A stretch of DNA of 64,000 bases from Candidatus Fermentithermobacillaceae bacterium (GTDB lineage: Bacteria > Bacillota > Sulfobacillia > Fermentithermobacillales > DUSS01), in NCBI GenBank assembly GCA_012842495.1, contig DUSS01000009.1:98646-162645 (forward strand), written 5' to 3'. Within the stretch, counting starts at the first letter, position 1. Each line of letters starts with the position of its first letter. The position numbers and the translations under genes were made by a program. Under the pieces are notes generated by a model, which worked only from the letters and a program-made list of their open reading frames with translations, did not search any database and was not told the DNA's origin. Positions 20,291-29,954 of this stretch are shown one piece after another.

Positions 20291-20322
20291 ACATAAAACA
20301 GGGCGCTCCTTGCGGAGCGCCC
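20291..20322 (-). terminator. rho-independent terminator ending the 4-gene membrane-protein operon
   Basis: Minus-strand RNA: GGGCGCUCC-GCAA-GGAGCGCCC, a perfect 9-bp stem with a GNRA loop, followed by UGUUUUAUGU. Confidence 0.75.
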
Positions 20323-20348
20323 CGGATCGCCTTTGTATGCCGGTACTA

Positions 20349-20963
20349 CTAGCCGATAGGAATCCCCAACCAGTTCGAGAGAAGGAACGAGAGCCTCTGC
20401 AGGAACAAACTGATACGCCCCTGTATCGTATTACCGAACGCCGTCCCCAGGGCCACCATGAGAACCAGCCTGCCGACTTTGCCGCCCACCGAAACCACCG
20501 GCGATCTCTTACCGACGGTGAAGAAGAAGTACATGAACGCGGTGAGCAGCAGCAAGAAGAAGATCACGTCATTGACGTTCGTCAGCGGCCTCATGCTGTC
20601 AGCCAGCTGCTGCATGGGGCTCCTCGGAGAGACCGCTATCACTGCGCCAAGACCCCAACCTACTTCAAGAGCGATTGGGTACCGGGCGAGCCATTGTAGT
20701 TTGCCCGGCAAGTACCGGAAGTAGTACAGGAGACCCAGGAGACCGAACACGATGTAGTAGTACTGGTGCCGCTCGATTATATACGTCTTGGTCCTGGGAA
20801 TCAGGTAGTTATTCCACAAATTCGCCACCTGATACGAGGTGTACAGGGCAACGAGGGAGTACTCGGCCAGACGCCAGAAGGGGTTCTCCTTATACAGGTA
20901 GGAGTACACGGCCAGCGTGCACAAGGCCATGACCCAGACCTGAGGGTCTGTGCTTACGTGCAC
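20349..20963 (-). CDS. hypothetical polytopic membrane protein (operon gene 4)
   Basis: 204 aa, ~5-6 hydrophobic helices, Trp/Tyr-rich; no recognisable family. Confidence 0.55.
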   Translation of the reverse strand: MHVSTDPQVWVMALCTLAVYSYLYKENPFWRLAEYSLVALYTSYQVANLWNNYLIPRTKTYIIERHQYYYIVFGLLGLLYYFRYLPGKLQWLARYPIALEVGWGLGAVIAVSPRSPMQQLADSMRPLTNVNDVIFFLLLLTAFMYFFFTVGKRSPVVSVGGKVGRLVLMVALGTAFGNTIQGRISLFLQRLSFLLSNWLGIPIG

Positions 20964-21002
20964 CGAATTTCACCTCCTTTGTTCACTCCGGGCCGCTAAA
21001 CC

Positions 21003-21830
21003 TTAGCCCTTCTTCCGCAGCTTGCTGATATATCCGATGTTCCCGAGGACAATCAGGACGATAATCCATAAATGTCCCAGAGACTGAGCATCCATCTTCT
21101 TAACGGTAGGACCGCCGCCCCAGAGGAGGATCTCATACTGAGCGGCTCCAGTCATACCAAGAAGATTCCCTTTAACCTGACCGGAACGCACGTACGGGAC
21201 GACCTCGGCTGCTTGCACCGCCACGTTGCCCACGTACAGAGGCCATCCGACGAAGAAGTTGGTGTACGTGGGAAGTCCGGGAGAACCGGCTGTGAAAATC
21301 ATGACCGGCATGTCAGGAGTCCACTGCTTCACGCGCTCCATCAACGGCAGGTCCGAGAACTTGTTCCCGAGGTGATCTGTCTCAGCGCAGGCATTCCAGA
21401 AGTCGACCTGCATCTGTCGCCACGTGGTCGTCCCGCCAGCCTTATAGCCGACGTAAACCCAGTCCGTCCCGTATTCAGCAGAATAACCGTCCTGCTTGGC
21501 CTTCTCGGCGGCAGCCTGACATACTTTGTAACCCAGGCTGGCTCCGGTGTTCCACTGCGCCACTATCACAGCCTTGGCGCCCTTCTTCATGCAGTGGTAG
21601 AACCACGCAGAAAGTTGAGGGCTGAGCTCCGCATCCGAACCGCCCGCGTACGCCACATCGCCGAATACGATGTCGCCGGGCTTCAGGCTCTCGACCCAGT
21701 TGTAAACAGTCTTCGTCCCCTCGTCCATACCCAAAGCAAGCCCGACTGGCTTGAGGATGGGGATGGTCAGGAGGATCGCCATCACCAGGTAAACCCAGCG
21801 CGGGTTGATGTTTTCAAGCTTCTCCACCAA
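21003..21830 (-). CDS. hypothetical bitopic membrane protein with a large extracytoplasmic domain (operon gene 3)
   Basis: 275 aa; N-terminal TM (WVYLVMAILLTIPIL) and C-terminal TM (LWIIVLIVLGNIGYI) flanking a ~220-aa soluble domain. Confidence 0.55.
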   Translation of the reverse strand: MVEKLENINPRWVYLVMAILLTIPILKPVGLALGMDEGTKTVYNWVESLKPGDIVFGDVAYAGGSDAELSPQLSAWFYHCMKKGAKAVIVAQWNTGASLGYKVCQAAAEKAKQDGYSAEYGTDWVYVGYKAGGTTTWRQMQVDFWNACAETDHLGNKFSDLPLMERVKQWTPDMPVMIFTAGSPGLPTYTNFFVGWPLYVGNVAVQAAEVVPYVRSGQVKGNLLGMTGAAQYEILLWGGGPTVKKMDAQSLGHLWIIVLIVLGNIGYISKLRKKG

Positions 21831-21884
21831 ATTTCCCTCCTTTCACGCACGCGGTGAAAGATCCGCAACACGTAACGGAAGATA

Positions 21885-22550
21885 TTAGTCCACTCCGAGA
21901 TACCGTCTCTCAAGACCCAGAGCCACCCTCACAGCCGTCACGTAAGCACCGATGAACAGGCCGAGGTTAATCGCTCTAAAGCCAGCGCCGTTGGGAACGT
22001 TCATCAACCAGTCCCTGATGCCCTTGAAGCCTCCCAGCCAGCTTGTCTGGGACCAGATGGCGTTCCCGAGGGAAGTGTTCCCCATCATGATGATGAAGGC
22101 GACTACCATCATCAACCCCGCTTCGAGGCTCCGCACCCGGAAGGCCCTGTATGCAGCCGATGCGATGAAGAAAGCCAGGAGCGAGAAGGTCGTCGAGTCG
22201 AGGGGCACTATCACTCCGGTGTAAATCCACTCGAAGTGCTTGCCTTCCATACCCTCGACGATACCGATGATGGCATACGCATACAGCACTACAAGCAGCC
22301 AGATGCTGTACGGCCAATTCTCTCTCTTGCGCCTGATGTTCCCCACGTGGTTCCTGGTCAGGTTCCAAACTCCCATGAAGAGAGCCACGACGCTCATATA
22401 CACCACGGCGTTGGATATGCTCGTGAAGAGATTCTCCTTAGTGCCGTCGGGGAACGTGATCTGAAAGTCGTACAGCGGACCGATAAGCTCGAACAAGGCT
22501 CTTACCAACAGGAACACTATTGTGAGGATGATCGGAATCTCTCTACGCAA
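21885..22550 (-). CDS. hypothetical polytopic membrane protein (operon gene 2)
   Basis: 221 aa, ~5 TM helices; no recognisable family. Confidence 0.55.
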   Translation of the reverse strand: MRREIPIILTIVFLLVRALFELIGPLYDFQITFPDGTKENLFTSISNAVVYMSVVALFMGVWNLTRNHVGNIRRKRENWPYSIWLLVVLYAYAIIGIVEGMEGKHFEWIYTGVIVPLDSTTFSLLAFFIASAAYRAFRVRSLEAGLMMVVAFIIMMGNTSLGNAIWSQTSWLGGFKGIRDWLMNVPNGAGFRAINLGLFIGAYVTAVRVALGLERRYLGVD

Positions 22551-22585
22551 CTAACTTACACCTCCTTTCAGTCCGGGCCGGGAGA

Positions 22586-23416
22586 CTAGAACAGAACGGC
22601 GTTACGCAGCGCGTCCACCTTCAACGTGGCGAGAATCGCGCCCGCTATGATGAGGGCGTAGAAAGCGACCCTCATCAGGTCCTCCGCCACCACGCTACCG
22701 TAGATCACGGGTTCTTTGGAGAGAAGGGCCGCGCCAGCATAGTACTCCTCTCCTATGAGGGTGTAGTCGCAGGCGGCGACGAAGAACGGCATCTGGGCCG
22801 TAGCGCTGGTGGCAGCCACTTGCACCGCACCCACAAGGTTACCCGACTCGGCGATGATCAAGGCCTCGGCGTAGAAGTAACCTATGAGGAACTGAGCCGC
22901 GGGTTTTTCTCTAGCCACGATACCCGCAACACCCATTGTGTACCCGAACTGCCAGTCGGACAGGAACCGAACGTCGTCCCTGTTGAAGGCGTCCGGCCTT
23001 CCGGCCTCCAGGTACGCTTGACGGATGATCTCTTCGTTGACCACCATCGTCAGGTAATCGGAGTTGGTGTTGATGATGCGGGTGTCGTAGGAGGCGCAAA
23101 GCTTGGCTACGTGGGACAGGTAGGACCAGAAGGCGAACGTATCGTAGTCGCCCATGTACTCGTAATAGTCGGTGATGTGAACCGGCCTACCCATTTCGGT
23201 GGCCCGCCCCACCGCCTCTTCAAACGCCTCGAGGCCGGGGATGTGTCTGATCTCCGGAATCTTAAGGCCGGCCCTCGCCCTTTGAATCATGATATAAGTC
23301 AGAACGAAGAGCGCAATTCCGACCAAGAAACCGAAGACGCAGCCTTTCACGTCCCTGAAGATCCCCCACTTGTACTTGGGTGCTTCGGCCGCCAGGAACA
23401 ACAACAGATCTGACAT
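22586..23416 (-). CDS. hypothetical polytopic membrane protein (operon gene 1)
   Basis: Likely start MSDLLLF at 23416 after an AGAGGAGG SD; the ORF is open to 23476. Has a TM helix, then a ~120-aa soluble segment, then several TM helices. Confidence 0.55.
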   Translation of the reverse strand: MSDLLLFLAAEAPKYKWGIFRDVKGCVFGFLVGIALFVLTYIMIQRARAGLKIPEIRHIPGLEAFEEAVGRATEMGRPVHITDYYEYMGDYDTFAFWSYLSHVAKLCASYDTRIINTNSDYLTMVVNEEIIRQAYLEAGRPDAFNRDDVRFLSDWQFGYTMGVAGIVAREKPAAQFLIGYFYAEALIIAESGNLVGAVQVAATSATAQMPFFVAACDYTLIGEEYYAGAALLSKEPVIYGSVVAEDLMRVAFYALIIAGAILATLKVDALRNAVLF

Positions 23417-23592
23417 CTTTTCACCTCCTCTTTTTTCTGGAGCAAAAACCGGTACCCCACCAGACCATACGCGCAACTTGCTGTGGAAATGCCTGGATCG
23501 GGGTTCCAGTTTCGTGCCTCTCTGGGGTCCTGTATTCGACGCGGAGCTTTATTTTCCTTCTTGCATGAGAGGGTTATTAAAAGCTTATTTTA

Positions 23593-24483
23593 TCACAACT
23601 CATCCCCACAAGGGCTACCGTCCTGTTTGTAGCGCTCGCTACCTTCCCTTTTGCTGGTTTTTCCTTCAATGACCACCACGTGTGGGAAAGGTATCTCTAT
23701 CCCTGCCCGATCCAGCGCTTCTTTCAAACGCAATCTGAGCTCCCTTTCCACGCCCCACTGCTCCAACGGCTTTGTGCGTGCCCATACCAGGAGCGTGACA
23801 CCAGAATCTTCGAACTTGGAGACACCGAGGACCTTCGGCCCCTCTACGATGTTGGCTATTTCTCTGGCGGCCTGGTCGCACGCACCTTGAAGCACGGTTA
23901 TAGCTCTCTTTAAATCCTCACCGTACGCTACGCTGATTTCCACCAGAGCTCGAGACTCTCGCACGCTTGAGTTCGTGGTCTTATCCACCAGGCCGTTGGG
24001 GACGATGTGCAGATCTCCCGACCAATCCCGAAGTTTCGTCGTTCTCAAGCCGACCTCTTCAACGATACCTGATACTCCGGCAATGGTGATGTAATCGCCG
24101 ATATCGTACTGGCGCTCATAGATGATGAAAAACCCGTTGATTATGTCCCGAACGAGATTCTGCGCCGCAAAGCCGACCGCCAACCCCAGAATCGCCGCTC
24201 CACCCAGGAGAGCTTTCGTGTCGACTCCGAGAACCTCGAGGATGGTTATGACCGCTATTCCGCTCACCCCGTATCGTAGAGCACTCTTCAAGAGAGACGA
24301 CAGAGTACGGGTCCGGTTGTCGTCCGTCCCCAACCGGGCGATACCTTGAGGCTTTTTAAACATTCTGCCGATGAGAGCGTCCCCCACCTTCAGGGCCACC
24401 GCCCACAGAACCACCACCAGCAAGATGCGGAGGGCAGCTCCTCCCACCTGGTAAACGACTTGTGCGAGGTCCGGCAGGTTCAT
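23593..24483 (-). CDS. mscS: mechanosensitive ion channel, MscS family
   Basis: 296 aa; three N-terminal TM helices followed by the MscS beta-domain (GDYITIAGVSGIVEEVGLRTTKLRDWSGDLHIVPNG). Confidence 0.85.
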   Translation of the reverse strand: MNLPDLAQVVYQVGGAALRILLVVVLWAVALKVGDALIGRMFKKPQGIARLGTDDNRTRTLSSLLKSALRYGVSGIAVITILEVLGVDTKALLGGAAILGLAVGFAAQNLVRDIINGFFIIYERQYDIGDYITIAGVSGIVEEVGLRTTKLRDWSGDLHIVPNGLVDKTTNSSVRESRALVEISVAYGEDLKRAITVLQGACDQAAREIANIVEGPKVLGVSKFEDSGVTLLVWARTKPLEQWGVERELRLRLKEALDRAGIEIPFPHVVVIEGKTSKREGSERYKQDGSPCGDEL

Positions 24484-24686
24484 TTCCCATTACCTCCATG
24501 ATCATCTTCTGATGTTCCGCATCCGGTGTCAGAGTATCGGACGTTCACCTGTGCCAGGTATTCTCGAATCCGATTGCTTAGGAGGCCGGTGTACCCGGTC
24601 GCCGGCACCACCTCAGCAGTAGACAGTGAAGTAAACACTCTCCCCGGGCTCGCCGGCGCAGACCACGAAGTCAAGCCCGTGTTCCT

Positions 24687-25700
24687 TTACGCACCGCTCT
24701 TCGACCCGTCTTCTTCCTGTTCCCCCCGCACTGCTCCAATAGGACGGACCCGGCTAAACTCGAAGACCGGCAGGACTTCGGTCATTAGAATTCCTCCGAG
24801 AATACACGCCGCCCCGACGGTCTCCCGCAGTGTCAAGGTTTCCCCTGCCAGAAGCCACGCAAACACCGCCCCGAACACGGGCTCCGCCGAAAATATGACC
24901 GCAGTGTGGGTGGGAGACGTATACCGCTGCGCCCAGGCCTGAACCAAGAACGCAACCGAAGTGGCGAAAATGCCGGTGAAGACTATGGCGGGGACGGTCC
25001 GGAGATGGACGCGCACGGGCCTCTCGAGCAAAAGCGCCCCTGCTAGCGACCCGACGGACACCACGGCAAGCTGGATTGCCGTGAACTCCAGCGGGTCCAC
25101 GCTCGGCGAGAACACCGCGACTAGCAGTATGTGAGCGGCAAAACCCAGAGCGCACGCCATAACCCACAGGTCTCCCCACTCCACCGCAAAGGGCAATTGA
25201 AAGGACATGAAGAACAGCCCGAGAGTGGCGAGGAGCACGCCTACCCACACCCATACGTCCTGCCGGTGTCCGAATACCAGGGGGGTAACGGCAGGGACCA
25301 GTACAACTGAGAACCCGGTGATGAAGGCAGCTTTCCCGGCGTCTACCGTTAACAGCCCGATGGTTTGCGTAGCGTACGCAAAGAAGAGTACCAGACCTGT
25401 CACCAGGGCTCGGGCGGTTGTCCTCGCCTGCCTTATAGCTTCCTCATCCTGGATAAGCGAACTTCTGCCGACCTGCCGCAGCCGCGACCTCCTGGAGACA
25501 ACGAGCCACGCGAAGAGGAAACCTGACGCGACGGAAAACCTCACGAAAAGGAAGGTGAACGGAGGGGTTTCGGCGATGGCACCCTTGACTATTACGAACG
25601 TGCTCCCCCAGATCAGGGTGACAGTCAAGAGCAGGAGGTCAGCCTGGAACTCACGCAGGGGGTTCCGGGTGCGTGAACGGTCTGGATCGAGTTGTCGCAT
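24687..25700 (-). CDS. EamA/DMT-family transporter
   Basis: 337 aa; ten hydrophobic segments in two EamA repeats. Confidence 0.75.
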   Translation of the reverse strand: MRQLDPDRSRTRNPLREFQADLLLLTVTLIWGSTFVIVKGAIAETPPFTFLFVRFSVASGFLFAWLVVSRRSRLRQVGRSSLIQDEEAIRQARTTARALVTGLVLFFAYATQTIGLLTVDAGKAAFITGFSVVLVPAVTPLVFGHRQDVWVWVGVLLATLGLFFMSFQLPFAVEWGDLWVMACALGFAAHILLVAVFSPSVDPLEFTAIQLAVVSVGSLAGALLLERPVRVHLRTVPAIVFTGIFATSVAFLVQAWAQRYTSPTHTAVIFSAEPVFGAVFAWLLAGETLTLRETVGAACILGGILMTEVLPVFEFSRVRPIGAVRGEQEEDGSKSGA

Positions 25701-25701
25701 T

Positions 25702-26886
25702 TTACCGCCCGCCCCACCTCTCCGCAGATATCCTCTTCGCCGCTTCTTCCACTCGCTCGGTGGGGGCAGTCAGGGAAAACCGGACGTACCCTTCTCCGTG
25801 CTCACCGTAGGCGCGACCCGGCGTTACCAGGACTCCACACTTCTCTAGAAGCTCTTCGGCAAACCCGGCGGAATCTTTTCCCTTCGGAACCGGTACCCAA
25901 AGATAAAACGTACCTTTCGGGGCATCCGCCTCGAGTCCGGCCCTTCGCAAGGCTCTTACCACCGTATCCCGGCGGTATTTATACACCTCGCAGTTTGCCC
26001 TGATGACCTCCTCGGGAGAGCTTTCCAGGGCCTCTTCGCCTGCCTCCTGAATTGCATTCCACTGCCCCGAGTCGAGGTTGGTTTTTATGATGGAAAGGGC
26101 GTTATAAATCACTTCGGACGAACCCACGATGGCGCCGATACGCCACCCGGTCATGTTGAAGGGTTTTGACAGCGAATAGGTTTCGACGAGAAGATCTCGC
26201 GCACCGCTCACCTGCAAAAGGCTGGGTGCCGCGTAGTCATCGTAAGTGATATCCAGATACGCCCCATCGTGGAGGATCACGATTTCATACTCCCTGGCAA
26301 AAGCCGAAGCTTCCTCAAAAAACCCCAGGTCGACCACGGCGCCCGTGGGATTGTTGGGGTAGTTCAGCATCATGAGGGTCGATCTCTTCGCCACATCGCT
26401 GGGAATATCATCGAAGGCCGGCTTAAATCCCCGGTTTGACACGAGGGGCATCGGGTACGGTATGCCCCCGGCCATCTTTACCTGAGTAAGGTACACGGGA
26501 TAGGCCGGGTCAGGCACCAGAGCGATATCGCCGTCGTCCACCAGAGCCCATATGAGATGAGCGATGCCTTCCTTGGACCCGATGAGGGTCATTACTTCCT
26601 TGAGCGGATCGAGTTCGACCCCGAATCTTCGCCGGTAGTAAGAGCTTACCGCCGACCTAAACGTCTTCGTGCCCTCGTAAGGGGGATAGCGGTGATTTTC
26701 CGGTTTAGTCGCAGCTCTTACGAGTCTTTGAACGATGTGCGCGGGAGTGGGTATGTCGGGATCCCCCACGGTCATGTCGATTACGTCCACTCCCCTTGAG
26801 ACAAGCTCGTCGCGGAGAGCATTTTCCTTGGCGAAGAGGTACGGAGGAACATCGCTGATTCGCTTGGCTTTCTTCATGAAGGTCAC
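25702..26886 (-). CDS. dapL: LL-diaminopimelate aminotransferase-type class I aminotransferase
   Basis: 394 aa; PLP-lysine context SLSKPFNMTGWRIG; linked to dapF. Confidence 0.75.
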   Translation of the reverse strand: MTFMKKAKRISDVPPYLFAKENALRDELVSRGVDVIDMTVGDPDIPTPAHIVQRLVRAATKPENHRYPPYEGTKTFRSAVSSYYRRRFGVELDPLKEVMTLIGSKEGIAHLIWALVDDGDIALVPDPAYPVYLTQVKMAGGIPYPMPLVSNRGFKPAFDDIPSDVAKRSTLMMLNYPNNPTGAVVDLGFFEEASAFAREYEIVILHDGAYLDITYDDYAAPSLLQVSGARDLLVETYSLSKPFNMTGWRIGAIVGSSEVIYNALSIIKTNLDSGQWNAIQEAGEEALESSPEEVIRANCEVYKYRRDTVVRALRRAGLEADAPKGTFYLWVPVPKGKDSAGFAEELLEKCGVLVTPGRAYGEHGEGYVRFSLTAPTERVEEAAKRISAERWGGR

Positions 26887-26973
26887 CTCCGTCCATCACC
26901 GGTCAACCGGGCCGGAGCACGTACCGGCCCCGTTTGCGAAATTCCGGCGAGGGTTCTTCTCATAAACCCGTAA

Positions 26974-27825
26974 TCAGGATTCGCGGAGCAGAAACTGGCC
27001 CCGGCAGACTTCCACGGCGGGGCCGGTCTGCCACACGTGACCGTCTTCCCTCCATTCTACCAGGAGCACCCCGCCGGGAAGGTGCACCCGCACCTTGCGA
27101 CCGGTTTTTCCGTGCAGGACCGATGCCACCACCGAAGCTGAAGAACCTGTTCCGGAGGCCATCGTTATCCCGGATCCCCTCTCCCATATCCTCATATCTA
27201 TATCCTCGCGGGACCTAACCGCCACAAACTCGATGTTGGCACGGCGCGGGAAAATGGGATGGTGCTCAAGCTTGGGTCCGATCTCCTCGAGAGGCACCGC
27301 CCAAACGTCCTCCACAAAAAACACGCAATGCGGATTTCCCATGGATACTGCGGTGCCAAAATAGGTTCGCCCACCCACCTCGATCGGTTCGTCCACCACC
27401 GGTTCGGGCCCGGGCGTTGAGATTGGTATATCTTTGCGGGCAAGCCGCGGCATGCCCATGTCCACCGAGACCTCGAATACCCTGCCGTCGCGTATGCTCA
27501 AGTGCGGCCTTATGATACCCGCCAGGGTCTCGACCTCGATGATGTCTTTTGTGACGATGCCGTGCTCGTAGACGTATTTCGCCAGGCACCTGACCCCATT
27601 TCCGCACATCTCGCCTTCGAGGCCATCTGAATTGAACATCCTCATCTTCACGTCGGCGACTTGAGACGGCTCTATCAGAATAAGGCCGTCCGCGCCCACT
27701 CCGAAATGCCTGTTCGACATAAGCCTGGAAAGCTCCGGCCAACTGTGCTCAGGTGGGTAGTGAAACCTATCTATATACAGGTAGTCGTTACCGAGACCAT
27801 GCATCTTGGTAAAAGGAATTTCCAT
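26974..27825 (-). CDS. dapF: diaminopimelate epimerase
   Basis: MEIPFTKMHGLGNDYLYID, NSDGLEGEMCGNG and GNPHCVFFVED catalytic Cys motifs; the ORF is open upstream to 27897. Confidence 0.85.
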   Translation of the reverse strand: MEIPFTKMHGLGNDYLYIDRFHYPPEHSWPELSRLMSNRHFGVGADGLILIEPSQVADVKMRMFNSDGLEGEMCGNGVRCLAKYVYEHGIVTKDIIEVETLAGIIRPHLSIRDGRVFEVSVDMGMPRLARKDIPISTPGPEPVVDEPIEVGGRTYFGTAVSMGNPHCVFFVEDVWAVPLEEIGPKLEHHPIFPRRANIEFVAVRSREDIDMRIWERGSGITMASGTGSSASVVASVLHGKTGRKVRVHLPGGVLLVEWREDGHVWQTGPAVEVCRGQFLLRES

Positions 27826-27976
27826 CGCGTTTTCCCCGCTCCTCACACCGGTCTTCCTTTCGATCCTGCCGGCCCTCCCCCTGGCAAACCGCGCCAAGGC
27901 AATATGCTTCTACGGTACCGTCCCCCGGACCTCTACACCGCGCTCGTACCATCAATCGTAGCGGAGTCACTGGTGC

Positions 27977-28136
27977 CTACCAACAAAAAAGAGCTCTAAG
28001 CACGCCACCGATTACCGACAACACCGTATGTACCACCCCGACGATCAGCGCTACTATGGCCCCAAAGAAACCGCTCACCAGCAGCACGAAACCGATGAAC
28101 AGGAAGATCAACCCCAAAAGCACGGGAATGCATCCC
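27977..28136 (-). CDS. possible 53-aa hydrophobic small membrane protein (below ORF-track cutoff)
   Basis: Manual translation: MGCIPVLLGLIFLFIGFVLLVSGFFGAIVALIVGVVHTVLSVIGGVLRALFCW, two predicted TM helices. Confidence 0.25.
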
Positions 28137-28406
28137 ATATCTTATCCCTCCACGCTTGCCCATCATTAAAAGATCTACGGCATTACCAGGGTCCTGGCGC
28201 ACAAACTATAATACGAATCTCGGACCTTGTGATATCCTGACATCGCTCGCCCATCGCCAACGGTACAATACCCTCCCTCTTTTAGGGATTTACTGGAAGA
28301 GACAGGACTTCGCAGCACAGGCAAAGAAGACGAAAAAGAGAGCAAACCCGGCGTCATAGGGGTTACGGCATATTCTTGACCGCCCGGAACCGAGGAGAAA
28401 CCGTAC

Positions 28407-29720
28407 TTGAACTCGCATTTCGAGTTTCCATGGGACTTCTGCCGTGGCCTGGTCATCTTCCTCCTCATGGGGACGATGGTCTACCTGATAACCATGCCCG
28501 AGGGCGCAAGCGGCGTTGGACCGGCCACCTCACCCGGAGGCCCAGGGTACGCAAGGCCTCCGGGTGAGGCGTGTACCATCCCATCCGGGAACACCAGCTT
28601 TCCGGGCGAAAACGGCACCGGACCGGTACCTGGCAATGGCGGCGGGATAAACGGCTCTGGAGAAAACGCAAGCAACGCGGGAACTACGCGGAGCTTAAAC
28701 AGCGGCACAGACCAGCTCCTAGCGGATGTCCGGAGGGATGAAGCAAGATGGCTTAGCGCCTGCCAGCACCCGGATGGCGCCATCGCGATGGCCCCAGGAA
28801 GCGATAGGGTAGTACCGTATTTTGCCAACCTCGCAGCGATTACGCTGGTTAGGCTCGACCCCTCGAAGGCGCGACAGTATATCACATGGTATCTCGATCA
28901 CCTCAATGACCCGGACAGATGGGGACTCGCCGGCACCATCTACGATTTCCACGTCAAAGACGGAAAGCTTGTGCCGACCGGCAATTACGATTCCGCGGAC
29001 AGTTACGCGTCTACGTTTCTATCCCTGGTATCCGCATACTACCGGGAAACGAAAGATGCCAGATTCGTTAGAAACGAGCTCAACCGCATCCGCAAGGTTT
29101 CCGGTGTGGTACTCTCGTTGCAAGATAAAGACGGACTTGTAAGAGTAAAACCGGGAAGCCAAACAAAATACCTGATGGACAACTGCGAGAATTACGCCGG
29201 GTTGATGGATTGGGCGAAAACCTTGGAAGCCCTCGGCGAAACCGCTGAAGCTTCCCTGTACCGGGAGAAGGCTTCCCTCATCAAGCAAGGCATTCAGTCG
29301 GTGCTGTATGATCCTTCGACGGGAAAGTATGCCTGGTCACTGTCGCGGTTTGGTAAGAGATACCCGAAACAAGGTAAATGGTACCCGGATGGGGTGTCTC
29401 AACTCTCCTTGATATCCTGCGGCATAATAGAGCCCGGCAGCCCCGAGGCCAGGACCATTTGGGCCGATTTCAACTCGCAGTTTCCCGGTTGGGAAGAAGG
29501 AGTGAAGAAAGACTCGTTTCCCTGGGGAGTAGTGGCGATTACGGCATACACCATGTCCGATTTGCCGAGGGCAGAGCGCTATATAAAGTGGGTCCTGGAC
29601 CAATATGCATCCGCGGGCCGGGAGTACCCATGGTATGTACTGGAGTCGGCCTGCTTGATCCAGCTGTGTGACTCGGTCCCCGTCCGGAGTTCTGAGATGG
29701 TGCTGGCAGGAAGTTCCTGA
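28407..29720 (+). CDS. hypothetical exported/membrane-anchored protein with a Gly/Asn/Ser-rich linker and a large alpha-helical (possibly six-hairpin glycosidase-like) domain
   Basis: 437 aa; N-terminal TM (LVIFLLMGTMVYLI), a low-complexity linker (GPGYARPPGE...NGGGINGSGENASNAGTT), then a ~330-aa Trp/Tyr-rich domain with no recognised motifs. Confidence 0.5.
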   Translation: MNSHFEFPWDFCRGLVIFLLMGTMVYLITMPEGASGVGPATSPGGPGYARPPGEACTIPSGNTSFPGENGTGPVPGNGGGINGSGENASNAGTTRSLNSGTDQLLADVRRDEARWLSACQHPDGAIAMAPGSDRVVPYFANLAAITLVRLDPSKARQYITWYLDHLNDPDRWGLAGTIYDFHVKDGKLVPTGNYDSADSYASTFLSLVSAYYRETKDARFVRNELNRIRKVSGVVLSLQDKDGLVRVKPGSQTKYLMDNCENYAGLMDWAKTLEALGETAEASLYREKASLIKQGIQSVLYDPSTGKYAWSLSRFGKRYPKQGKWYPDGVSQLSLISCGIIEPGSPEARTIWADFNSQFPGWEEGVKKDSFPWGVVAITAYTMSDLPRAERYIKWVLDQYASAGREYPWYVLESACLIQLCDSVPVRSSEMVLAGSS

Positions 29721-29867
29721 CGGCAGTCGGGCATCCTGGTTGGTCGTTTTACTGAACGGACTTCGCGGTCGTCTAAAACCCTTAGACAAACCGGCATGCG
29801 GGTTGTCCGTATTCCGCCGCGGTTATGGTAGTATAGTCATACGCGTGAGCAGTTATGCCCGCCGGGG

Positions 29868-29894
29868 GTCGTACGCACCAGCGGTCGTACGCAT
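29868..29894. repeat. direct repeat GGTCGTACGCA ×2 (5-nt spacer) upstream of the second radical SAM gene
   Basis: gGGTCGTACGCAccagcGGTCGTACGCAtg; each unit contains the palindrome CGTACG. Confidence 0.5.
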
Positions 29895-29954
29895 GCCCCA
29901 GGTCCGACCAGTTAGTTATCCGTGCCTGAAGGCAAAAAGCGGGTGAGAAAGCAC

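Noticed and set aside
29721-29921. Small ORFs (11-24 aa) in the spacer before the second radical SAM gene, considered as RiPP precursor candidates
   Set aside because: No SD sequences, no leader/core organisation, and one overlaps the direct-repeat operator. Coding is not supported.
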